Origin: Promethearchaeota archaeon
Lineage (GTDB): Archaea; Asgardarchaeota; Lokiarchaeia; Sigyniarchaeales; SOKP01
Assembly: GCA_016839705.1 (NCBI GenBank)
Contig: JAEOTR010000035.1
Location: 44,658 to 108,657 of the forward strand
Direction of reading: 5' to 3'
DNA length: 64,000 nt
The translations under genes were made by a program, and so were the position numbers. A model generated the notes under the pieces. It did no database searches. It was not told the DNA's origin and worked only from the letters and a program-made list of their open reading frames with translations. Numbering within the stretch: the stretch's first letter is position 1; each line of letters opens with the position of its first letter. This document shows, piece by piece, positions 31,469 through 41,000 of the stretch.

Positions 31469-32515
31469 CTACAGATTCTCACTAAATAAACATAATTTTG
31501 ATAATAAAGCAGAAATTTGGATATCATCATCTCTACCATCAAGCGCTCTAAAATCTGCTTCAGCTATTAAATCGATTATATTACATCTCACATATTTACT
31601 TAAAGGCAACTTATTCATTTCTATAAGTAAATTATTAAAAACTTCATGAGCGTTATACTTATAGCTAGAAACTATTTTACGAGCTAACTCCCTTGATTTT
31701 GGAAAATCACCTTTTAAGGCTAATAATAGCAGATTTTTTATCTGGTCGTTTTTAAATTTTTGAGCATTTTCAAATACAATATTTTTATCGATTTCATTTC
31801 CTCTTACACTACATAGTTGTAGGATATCTATAGCTTGAGAAATCTTACCTTTGGAGATTTTATACAAAATTTCAATGACTTCTTCTGTAATTTGTAATAC
31901 TTCTTTATCGGCAATTTCTGATATCAAATTTTTAAAGTTCTCAAATTTAACTCGAGATATTAGAAAAATCTGGCATCTACTTATAATGGGATCAATAATA
32001 CTTGAAATTTTGGTTGTAATTAATATCATCCTACAATTTGAACCATAGATTTCCATTAACCTTCTGAAACCCTGTTGATTAGATCCCAACGCTTCAAAAT
32101 TCTTTACAACTAAAATTTTAAAAGGAACATCCCCTAAAGCTTTCAGTTGCACAAACGGTTTAACTTTAACCTGTATAAAAGCAGGTGTTGTGATTCTTCT
32201 TCCCGCCATACTCCCGATTTTACTTGTTGAGACATATGCTTCTGATCTTGCCTGCGTTCTCTCATCTTCGCTTAGGGGAATATTTGCATATACTAGTTTA
32301 AAATTAGCATCAAAATTTTTACCAAGAAATTCTTTAGAGAATAAGGAAGCGAAAGTAGCCTTTCCTATCCCTTCAGAGCCGATAAATAGCATATGAGGAA
32401 AATTCCTCTGTGTAATTATGTTTTTTAACGCTTCTTTTATTTCTAATCTACCACAAACTTGTTCAAGGCTTTGTGGATAGTACTTTATTCTCCAAATCGG
32501 GATTTCTTCAGTCAA
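31469..32515 (-). CDS. Replication factor C small subunit 2 (degenerate ATPase site)
   Basis: W..KY.P, FPHMLF-GSEGIGKAT, Walker B replaced by KNFE, SRC arginine finger retained. Confidence 0.85.
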   Translation of the reverse strand: MTEEIPIWRIKYYPQSLEQVCGRLEIKEALKNIITQRNFPHMLFIGSEGIGKATFASLFSKEFLGKNFDANFKLVYANIPLSEDERTQARSEAYVSTSKIGSMAGRRITTPAFIQVKVKPFVQLKALGDVPFKILVVKNFEALGSNQQGFRRLMEIYGSNCRMILITTKISSIIDPIISRCQIFLISRVKFENFKNLISEIADKEVLQITEEVIEILYKISKGKISQAIDILQLCSVRGNEIDKNIVFENAQKFKNDQIKNLLLLALKGDFPKSRELARKIVSSYKYNAHEVFNNLLIEMNKLPLSKYVRCNIIDLIAEADFRALDGRDDDIQISALLSKLCLFSENL

Positions 32516-32555
32516 ATTTCTATAATCTTTATTATAATTTTATCTAAATACAATC

Positions 32556-33527
32556 TTAAATTCCCATCTTTTCAATAATTTTAGCTAAAAGTGCTGAAAC
32601 CTGGATTTTTTCACTTGCTCCTTGGCTTATCCGATAATCAATTTCTCCGATATAAGCCCTTAAGGTAGGAATCTTATTTGGCTCGACATTAACTCGCGGT
32701 AATGCCTCTGTTAATTGTCTTATAAAGTTTCTACTATCAAGAGTTTCCATTGAATCAATTATTTCTCGCGATTTCCCAAAGTCTTTATTCTTTAGTGCCA
32801 TAGTTAGATCTTCCAATGTTTTTTCATCCATAAATCCTGAAATTCTTAAAATTTCGTTTAATTCTAAATTCTCTAGTAGTTCTAGTGATACTGACATCTG
32901 AAGTGTATTAATTGCTTTTCGTAAATCTCCTCCTGAAATGAAAAATAATAATTCAAAAAATTTCTCAGCTTTATCTGCGGGAATCTTCAATTTTTCATTT
33001 TTGGTAATATGCTTTAATCTTTCAATAATTTTTTCTTTGGGAAGGCCTACAAATCTGAATACTGCACATCGAGAGATAATTGGATCTATAATGCGGTTTA
33101 TATAATTACATAATAAAATGAACTTAATATTCAACGATGCTTTTTCAATTATTCTTCTAAGTGCTTGTTGAACTTGACCAGGAATGTTATCCGCTTCATC
33201 TAAAATAACGAATTTTAAGGAATTCTCTTTGATGAGGTTTTGATTAACGAAGTTCTTTAAAACATTTCTTACAAAATCTATTCTTACCGTATCAGAAGCG
33301 TTCACTTCTAATAAGTTCACGCTTAGATCTTCGTTATTAAGGAAATTTTCAGCAATGATTAAAGCAGTACTCGTTTTTCCAGTCCCCGCAGGACCTGTAA
33401 AAATCATATGGGGCATATTTGGATTCTTGATGAACTCTTTTAAACTATTAATTGCAACGTTTTGACTTACAATATCTTCGAAAGAGTGCGGCCTGTATTT
33501 TTCAGTCCAGGGAATTTCTAAACTCAT
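32556..33527 (-). CDS. rfcS: Replication factor C small subunit
   Basis: PWTEKYRP, GPAGTGKT, NASD, LDEAD, SRC, GDLRKAIN. Confidence 0.95.
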   Translation of the reverse strand: MSLEIPWTEKYRPHSFEDIVSQNVAINSLKEFIKNPNMPHMIFTGPAGTGKTSTALIIAENFLNNEDLSVNLLEVNASDTVRIDFVRNVLKNFVNQNLIKENSLKFVILDEADNIPGQVQQALRRIIEKASLNIKFILLCNYINRIIDPIISRCAVFRFVGLPKEKIIERLKHITKNEKLKIPADKAEKFFELLFFISGGDLRKAINTLQMSVSLELLENLELNEILRISGFMDEKTLEDLTMALKNKDFGKSREIIDSMETLDSRNFIRQLTEALPRVNVEPNKIPTLRAYIGEIDYRISQGASEKIQVSALLAKIIEKMGI

Positions 33528-33551
33528 ATTTTTTAAGTATTCTGACTAGCT

Positions 33552-34016
33552 TCAATCATTATGTGTGAGGTCTAATTCTAAAACCTCATATACCTTTTTA
33601 AATTTCATTTTTTCATACAGGTTTGCCGCTTCTAAGGCTTGTTCTTTAATGTTTACTTTGACCTTTTCAACCTTAATTCTTTTAAGATGCTCCATTGCTT
33701 TCTCTAATAATTGGTGCCCTGTACCTTTACTTCTATATTCCTTTTTTAAAAAGAATTGCTTAATGTATCCTTCAGATGATCCAAACGGATCAATTCGTAA
33801 TTCCGCAACAATCATACCAACTACTTCATTAGTATCTTCATCAAATGCGATGAGAATACCATGTCTTTGAAGTGGATCAAATATTCGACGACGAATTCCC
33901 CAATCAAAACGTTTTGGATCAAATTCTTGATTTAAGCCCTCAACTAGTAGTTTCGTTAAATCTTTTAATTCCTCAATTTGCTCTGGGATAGCTATATCTA
34001 CTCTTATGTTTGTCAT
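33552..34016 (-). CDS. GNAT family N-acetyltransferase
   Basis: EYRSKGTGHQLL...NLYEKMKF. Confidence 0.88.
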   Translation of the reverse strand: MTNIRVDIAIPEQIEELKDLTKLLVEGLNQEFDPKRFDWGIRRRIFDPLQRHGILIAFDEDTNEVVGMIVAELRIDPFGSSEGYIKQFFLKKEYRSKGTGHQLLEKAMEHLKRIKVEKVKVNIKEQALEAANLYEKMKFKKVYEVLELDLTHND

Positions 34017-34271
34017 AAAAAAAAATCAACTCTAAAATTCAAGTAATAAAGTAATTATTGATACATTAAGATTTAAAATTTTCTTGACTTACACATAATA
34101 AAAAATCCTATAGTATGTTAATTTTTTTATCGAGGGTTAATTTTTTATTTTGCACTCTCGTATGACTATTTGATTTTTTAAAAAACTTTTAATATAGATT
34201 CTACAAAAGTAATGAATATCAAGGATTTACTAATTGTCAGATTGAATAAAAAATAGAGCATCAATCAAAAG

Positions 34272-34556
34272 TTAAAAATGCCTTGAGGACGTTCCATCCC
34301 AAGCTTTCACGGCGGGATCTTCAGCCCCACACGCAGGACATTTCTGATTGACTTCCCAACTCTCTAAAGCAGGATGCACTCGAGTAAATAATCCCCCACA
34401 TGATTTGCAAACTAAGTATTTCGCTCCACATCCCGCACACATCTTGAGTTGGCCTTTTTCCACGAAAGGAAAAGCTCTCCTCATCCACTCATCATGTGCA
34501 AGAGAAAACTGATCTTTTCCGCAAACAGCACAGTGTTTACCATCTTCTTGAGCCAT
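34272..34556 (-). CDS. Small multi-zinc-finger protein
   Basis: Four CxxC pairs in 94 aa. Confidence 0.75.
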   Translation of the reverse strand: MAQEDGKHCAVCGKDQFSLAHDEWMRRAFPFVEKGQLKMCAGCGAKYLVCKSCGGLFTRVHPALESWEVNQKCPACGAEDPAVKAWDGTSSRHF

Positions 34557-34769
34557 ATTTTTAACACTATTTTTTTACATTTTCTATATTATAATAATAA
34601 ATAAAATACTTAATTAAAAATTAAACGATTTCGAAAAACAGACACAATTTAAGGTCAAATTCTTGGTTATTTTGACAGACACTTATGTGTAAAAATGGGA
34701 AAAATGTGGGAATATTGTGAAATGTCATTTTTTTCATCAAGAAGATTTATATTGATCCCAATGGTGTTA

Positions 34770-35045
34770 TTACTAGAACATTAAATAATTGCCAACCAGA
34801 TTCGTTCAAATCATTTAGATCTGGAATCTCGATATTACTAAAGAAGGGAGTGTTAAATATTAGATACCCTAAGAAGGTATCTTTGTAGAAATCCTTGGAG
34901 ATTAGATATGCATTAATAATTACTGGTTAATCTAAGGATCTTTCACACTTAACATTTTATCAACTCAATCAGATCTTTTCCATTTCCATATTAAGCAAAA
35001 CAGAAATATCTCCTAGAAGAAAACATCTAGGAGATTTCTTTTTTC
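34770..35045 (+). ncRNA. Candidate structured non-coding RNA of unknown family
   Basis: TATA at 34746; no ORF of 60 aa or more; several stems; ends in a 10-bp hairpin followed by a T-run. Confidence 0.35.
35002..35044 (+). terminator. Hairpin atctcctaga-N8-tctaggagat followed by oligo-T
   Basis: Perfect 10-bp stem at 35008-35017/35026-35035. Confidence 0.5.
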
Positions 35046-35067
35046 ATTCCCATAAGATTAATATTTT

Positions 35068-36012
35068 CTACTGATTTGATGTGGTATACTCTACAACTAA
35101 ACGCACAATATCTGCCTTTCGATAAGACGATAGGACTTTAATATTTTTTTCACTACAAAATTGCTTTAATTGTTTTACTGTCCATTTTTCAAATTCGATA
35201 TTCATCATATTTTCTATTGGATTTTCTGAGGATTGGGTGTTTTCTAATACTTCTATTGCTTCAATTTCTCCTAATTCTTTGTTAACATGAATTCGGAGTT
35301 TAGCGCCCTTAATTTCAAAGATTTCTTTTGGAAAACTTGTAATTGCTTCCCACTCTTTTTCTTCTGATTGGTTGCTAAATATTTCTGTTTTTTTTATAGT
35401 TTCACCATATAGGATGTTGTTTCCAACAAGTATGTTTTTAGGTCTGAAGCTACCAAGGGTATTAGTTTTTAATATATTTTCTAAAATCTCTTGTGTTCTT
35501 CGATTCTTTTTTAAATTCTCATATGAAGGAGTTTTCTTAGCGTTGGTAGAAAAATATTTATTTAAATTATGTTTAACTAAAAATTTCTCACTCTGATTGC
35601 TCCTATTAAAGGATATACTTTCATGATTTATTATTTTTGGAGTTATGGGTGTATCGTTATCAATAATAATAGCTCTCTTTTGGAAACCAAATGTATTAAG
35701 AAATTCACTTGGTTCATCACCTTGATCAATCGAGACAATTTTACATCGATGAAAGGATGAGGAATTCATTAGTTCTTTCTGAATTTCTGAAGCAACTCGT
35801 GAAGCTATGAATTTCTTTCTAACTGATGATGAAATTCCTTTGCATATATAAATTCTACGAATCTCTTCCTTAACAATTATAGCAACTTGCGAAGAAAATA
35901 ATATCCCTTCTCCATTATTCTGATGAAAGATTTCTTCTGTTATACGTAATCTACGACGCTCTCCATTATCCTCAACTTCAAAGATCATAAAATCAGTATA
36001 CGTTTCTAACAT
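35068..36012 (-). CDS. Gelsolin-domain protein with C-terminal SAP/HeH-like domain (start 36012 or 36087)
   Basis: RRIYICKGISSSVRKKFIA...IDQGDEPSEFL gelsolin signature; WTVKQLKQFCSEKNIKV...RKADIV. Confidence 0.8.
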   Translation of the reverse strand: MLETYTDFMIFEVEDNGERRRLRITEEIFHQNNGEGILFSSQVAIIVKEEIRRIYICKGISSSVRKKFIASRVASEIQKELMNSSSFHRCKIVSIDQGDEPSEFLNTFGFQKRAIIIDNDTPITPKIINHESISFNRSNQSEKFLVKHNLNKYFSTNAKKTPSYENLKKNRRTQEILENILKTNTLGSFRPKNILVGNNILYGETIKKTEIFSNQSEEKEWEAITSFPKEIFEIKGAKLRIHVNKELGEIEAIEVLENTQSSENPIENMMNIEFEKWTVKQLKQFCSEKNIKVLSSYRKADIVRLVVEYTTSNQ

Positions 36013-36159
36013 GATATTCCAATGAATTTGTACTCTTTTTATAACTATAATCTGAGAGAGAGGGGATAATTTGTGATCTGCATTCAATAATACTTAAGAC
36101 AAATGAAAAGTAGGTTAAATAAAAATAAATAATATTTAAAATTGAAAAATAAGAATGAA

Positions 36160-36483
36160 TTACATTTCTAATTTTTTTGTTTTCCCATTTCCAGACCCTT
36201 TTGGGTTGATTTTTTCTAATTCACCAATCAGCTGAAATGTCTTATCGTCGTTTAAAGCTTCACTAAATTTAATTAGCATTTCTTTACTACCAACAAATAA
36301 TCCCTTTCTCTTTAGAGGCTTTCCATCTTCCTTCAAAGGGTTAATTTCTAAAAATAAGAGTGCCGGTCTTGTCTTTGTTGCGGGAACTTTAACAACGTTA
36401 ACACCCTCTATCGGGGTTTCCATTTTTTCCCAATCTGCTCCACTTTTTAAATGTGCTTTCAGTTGAGTTTCAATATCTGCCAT
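36160..36483 (-). CDS. Small conserved-looking protein, possibly PC4/whirly-like nucleic-acid binder
   Basis: LEINP..DGKPLKRKGL followed by a helix. Confidence 0.6.
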   Translation of the reverse strand: MADIETQLKAHLKSGADWEKMETPIEGVNVVKVPATKTRPALLFLEINPLKEDGKPLKRKGLFVGSKEMLIKFSEALNDDKTFQLIGELEKINPKGSGNGKTKKLEM

Positions 36484-36547
36484 GAATTATCACTTTCCAT
36501 TTATTTTATTCAAGATTAGAATTTTTTTTTGTTAATATTTTTGTGCG

Positions 36548-36580
36548 TGTTACATGTAACATATAAGACTTATATAAAAA
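36548..36580. promoter_or_regulatory. Perfect 14-bp palindrome TGTTACATGTAACA plus ATATAAG-a-CTTATAT overlapping the minus-strand TATA box
   Basis: Located between divergent genes, one of which encodes an RHH regulator. Confidence 0.5.
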
Positions 36581-36787
36581 TTTTTCTAAAGATAAAAAAT
36601 TAAAACATAGAATTAAAGTTTCGAAATATAACCCATTTTTAAATATAGTGAATTTTAGAGTTAAAATGTATTAAGATTAACTTTTAGGGTATTACGTCGG
36701 ATTTCTTGGGGTCATTTTCCACTAAACCTTTAAATATATCACTCTCGTATATATATTTATTCAATAAAACAAATAAAACTTAGGTGA

Positions 36788-37015
36788 ATGGTTATAAAAT
36801 TAATCTCAGTAAATCTACCTGAATCCTATCTAAAGGTTCTCGAGATATTAGTATCTGAAAGCAAATTTCCTAATCGTTCAGAAGCTATACGCGTTGCTAT
36901 TCGCGATCTAATAAAAACAGAATATTTAATCGAAGAATCTATAGAAAGGAATATAAGTCCAAGCGTAATAGAACCAGAAATAGAAAACGAGATTCAAGAA
37001 AAATTATTTGCTTAA
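36788..37015 (+). CDS. Ribbon-helix-helix (CopG/CdrS-like) transcriptional regulator
   Basis: ISVNLP...FPNRSEAIRVAIRDLI. Confidence 0.85.
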   Translation: MVIKLISVNLPESYLKVLEILVSESKFPNRSEAIRVAIRDLIKTEYLIEESIERNISPSVIEPEIENEIQEKLFA

Positions 37016-37144
37016 TCCTTATTTTTTTCTTATTTAACAAGTGTTAAATCCTTATCAAATCATACTTTGATAATAAATCACTTACTTAATTTAATAACCA
37101 GATAAATTTTAATTTAATAAAGTCACTTTACTATCCAATATAAG

Positions 37145-38032
37145 GTGTATAATATGACTAAAATAGCCGTTGTTTCAACAAAGCATCGAATTTATGGAGT
37201 AAATAAAACCTTAGAATTATTAGGGATTAACCCCGTTAATAATAAAAATGTGATTTTCAAACCAAACTTTAATACAGCAGATCCTCCTCCTGCTTCAAGC
37301 TCTATGGAAACAGTCAAACAGCTTCTCATTAAAATAAAGGAAATGGGTGCGAAATCCATCACAGTGGCAGAACGTAGTGGTCCAGCTAAAACTTCTGAAA
37401 CATTTAAAAAAAAAGGATTATACAAACTAGCTGAAGAATTAGATTTTAAGATAGTGGATCTCACAGCTGTACCAGAAGAGGAGTATGTTCTTAAAAAACC
37501 TCGAAGTTGTCATTGGAAGGATGGATTTCTTTTTGCTAAAATATATGACGAAGCCGAATGTGTTGTGGAAACGTGTTGTTTAAAAACTCATATGTATGGT
37601 GGTCATTTTACTATGTCACTAAAAAACGCAGTTGGGTTAGTAAATCAAAAATATATGAGTGAATTACACTCCTCAAAAGACCAACGTAAGATGATTGCGG
37701 AAATTAATAGTGTATACAAACCAGAGTTAATCATAATGGATGGAATTACTTGTTTTGTAGATCAGGGGCCAATGATAGGTACTTGCAAAGAATTAAATGT
37801 TTTTGTTGGTGGTACTGATAAGGTGGCTATTGATGTAGTTGGAGTTGCACTATTGAGAATACTTGGAACAACCCCAGAGGTGACTAACGGCTCGATTTTT
37901 GAGCAAGACCAAATTAAAAGAGCCGTGGAACTAGGAATAGGTATAAATTCACCAGATGATATTGAGTTCATAACAGAATCAGAAGAATCTAAAAATTTGG
38001 TTGCCCAAATCAAAAATAAGTTGGCAGAATAA
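37145..38032 (+). CDS. DUF362 domain protein
   Basis: FKPN, LKTH...TMSLKNAVG, IMDG, D.VAID. Confidence 0.85.
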   Translation: MYNMTKIAVVSTKHRIYGVNKTLELLGINPVNNKNVIFKPNFNTADPPPASSSMETVKQLLIKIKEMGAKSITVAERSGPAKTSETFKKKGLYKLAEELDFKIVDLTAVPEEEYVLKKPRSCHWKDGFLFAKIYDEAECVVETCCLKTHMYGGHFTMSLKNAVGLVNQKYMSELHSSKDQRKMIAEINSVYKPELIIMDGITCFVDQGPMIGTCKELNVFVGGTDKVAIDVVGVALLRILGTTPEVTNGSIFEQDQIKRAVELGIGINSPDDIEFITESEESKNLVAQIKNKLAE

Positions 38033-38038
38033 AGAATT

Positions 38039-41000
38039 TTATTCTTTTTTTAATAGATTTAATACTTTTTTCCTTCTTTCTTCTCTTCGTGCAGCGATTC
38101 GCGTCTTTAACATATCCATCTCAGTTTCATATGTTTTCTCTTTCGCTTTTAAATCGTCTTTACCAGATTTTCTCCCCAGTTTTTCCTGTAATTCTTCGAT
38201 TTTTATATCAATTACATCAACATATTTCTTCCCAATTTTTAGACTTTTAAGGTTAAACTTAGCCTCGTTTAATTCGGAAATAGATTTCATAACTCGATCA
38301 TTTATTATTGAAATTTGCGCTTTATCTAATGCTTTATATACGGCTTCGAATTTATCAAGACTTTCAATCTCACTTAGAGGTTCTAGGGTAACCAATGGGA
38401 TTTCCGCTTTATCTTTTATATCATTAATTACTTCTTCGATTCTCTTAATTTCTTCGTCTTTTGCTGATGTTTGTAACTTCTTTTCTTCCCTCTTTAACAA
38501 GAGTATTCCTTCATTATAATGTAAGTCATCGATAAAATTTTGAGCTCTCTCTAATTCTTTAAATATTTTTTTATCAAACTCTTCTTTAGCAAGCTTGCGT
38601 TTATCTTCTTTTTTCTGTTTTTTAAGTTCCTTTCGTTCTTTTTCAGTGTCTCTCCTAAATTTTTCCATCTGTTTTTCTTCTTCAGCTTTTTTCTTCTTAA
38701 TAGCTTCAAGAGCCTCATATTGTTGTCTTTCTCGTTTAAGTTTAAAGAGAAGCTCATTATTTATTCGAGATACTTCCCGCTTCCAAGAAATTTTATTAAA
38801 TAGTTTACGTGCTTCAATATACTTTTCATAAGCTTCTGGAAACTTCTTTCGGTCCAGTAAAGAGGTTCCTTGTTCTAGAAGCCTAAAAGCTTCCTCTGAA
38901 GTTTCCTGTTCCCACTGCTTCTCACTCTGTATTCTTAAAAATTCCTTTCTCTTTTCTTCTTGTTGCAACTTCCTTAGTTCTTCAGCTTTCGCAAACGTCT
39001 CTTCTAATTTTTCCTCGATTTTCAGTTTTTCGATTCTTTCTTTCTCATTAATCGCTTGTTCAAGTTCAAAAGATTGTTGTCTTCTCTTAATCATAGCAAT
39101 GGAATCTTTAACCATATGAATTCCTTCTTGCCAGCTTATTTCGGTAAATATTTCTTCACTTTCCTTATAATAATCAATAGACTTTTCAAAATTATTTAAG
39201 GCTAACTCATTTTTTGCTCTATCCATTAATGAAAATGCTTTATCTTTTGCGGTTTCAAATTGAATTACTTTCTCTTCTTTTAAAAGCAGTGATTCTTTTC
39301 TTTGCTTAATTAACCTTTCTTCTTCTTCCTTTGCTTGTTTTAACATCCGTTGTTGTCGTAATAATTCTTCATCTCGTTTTTCCACTTTTGCAATTTCTAA
39401 CGCACGTAATCTGTTATCTTTTTCTTGTTTTTCCTTGTAAAATTTTATTGTATTAATTAATTTCATAGATTCTTCTATCCAACCTATCTCTTCGAATCCT
39501 TTTCTAGCCTCGCGATAAATTTTAAAGATTTCCTCATATGGGGGTTCCTGATCAAAGATACCATCCTTAATCTTTAATTCATAGTCCTTTGCTAATCTCT
39601 CAGCTTTATGAATATCATTAAAAATAACTTCTGCTGCTTTATCTTTGTCTCTTTTAAATTTCTCAATTTCTAAAATCTTTTTCTCACGAGCAAGCAAATC
39701 TTTTTCAGTGCCATCCTTAGCATATTCTAATTCCATTACCGGTTTTTCTAATTTCTTTTTCTCTATTTGCCGTAATTTTTCATCCTTTTCCTTCTTTTCT
39801 TTATAAAATTTAATAGTATTTATTAATCGACTAGCCTCATCATTCCATCCAATTTTCTGAAATGTTTTTTTGGCTTCTTGGTAATTTGAAATAGCTTTAT
39901 CATAGGGACTGTTATATAATAGCACATCTGATTTGATACTTAACTCATAATTCTTAACTAATTTTTCTGCTTCATCTATTAAATTCATAGCAGTATCCAA
40001 TAAAATATCCTCTTCTTTAACCCCTTTTTCTAGTTCTCTTATTTTATCTGGTTTAACAGGTTTAAAATCTTCTTTAATTTTGTGCATATCCTCAATTTCT
40101 TTCTGTCGTTCTGCTTTTTTAGCCTCAATTTCCAGTAATTTTTCATATTTATCTAATTTTTCTTGGTAGATTTTAATCTGATTTGCATATACTTCAGCTT
40201 GTTCCTTCCAACCCCTTGCATAAACTTTTTCACGGATATCTTTATAAATATCAATCACTTCAGAATAAGGAGTATCTTCCAAAATTTCACCTTTTCTCAT
40301 CGCTTTTCTCATTGCGGTTTCATAGTCGTGAACTAATCCTTCAGCTCTATTGATATTTTCGGTTATATATTGTTCGAATTCCTCTTCTTCACCCTTTTTT
40401 CGTTCTAAAGATCTTAATTTTTCTTCCTCTCTCATAGATTCTTTTCCAACTTTATGCATTTCCTCGATTTCCTTTTGTCTATCTGCTTTTTTAAACTCGA
40501 TCTCGAGTAATTTTACATGGTTCTCTAATTTTTCTTGATAAATCTTAATTTGATTCGCATACATTTCAGCTTGTTCCTTCCAACCCCTTGCATAGACTTT
40601 TTCACGGATATCTTTATAAATATCAATCACTTCAGAATAAGGTGTATCTTCCAAAATTTCACCTTTTCTCATCGCTTTTCTCATAGCGGTTTCATGGTCG
40701 CGAACTAATTTTTCTGCCTTATTTACTGCATCTGATATAATATTCTCAAATTCTTTTTCTTCTCTTTTTTGATCAATAGCTTTGAATTTTTCCTCGTCTA
40801 CTTTAACTCTTTTTTCTATTTTATGCATTTCTTTGATTTCCATTTGTCTTTGGATTTTTTGAGCTTCAATTTCACGTAATTTTTTATCCTTTTCCCATTT
40901 TTGAGAATAAAAATTTATCTGATTATTATAAGAAGCAACCTCAGTATGATTTTCTTTACTAAGTGACATTTGTTTTGCTCTTTCATAAATCCTAATAATT

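Noticed and set aside
34840-34852. gaagggag resembling the SRP RNA helix-8 motif
   Set aside because: The flanking conserved CCAGG...GGAA...AGCA pairing is absent
40150-40712. Direct repeat considered as a DGR TR/VR pair
   Set aside because: Both copies are in-frame protein repeats, the differences are not adenine-specific, and no reverse transcriptase is present in the window
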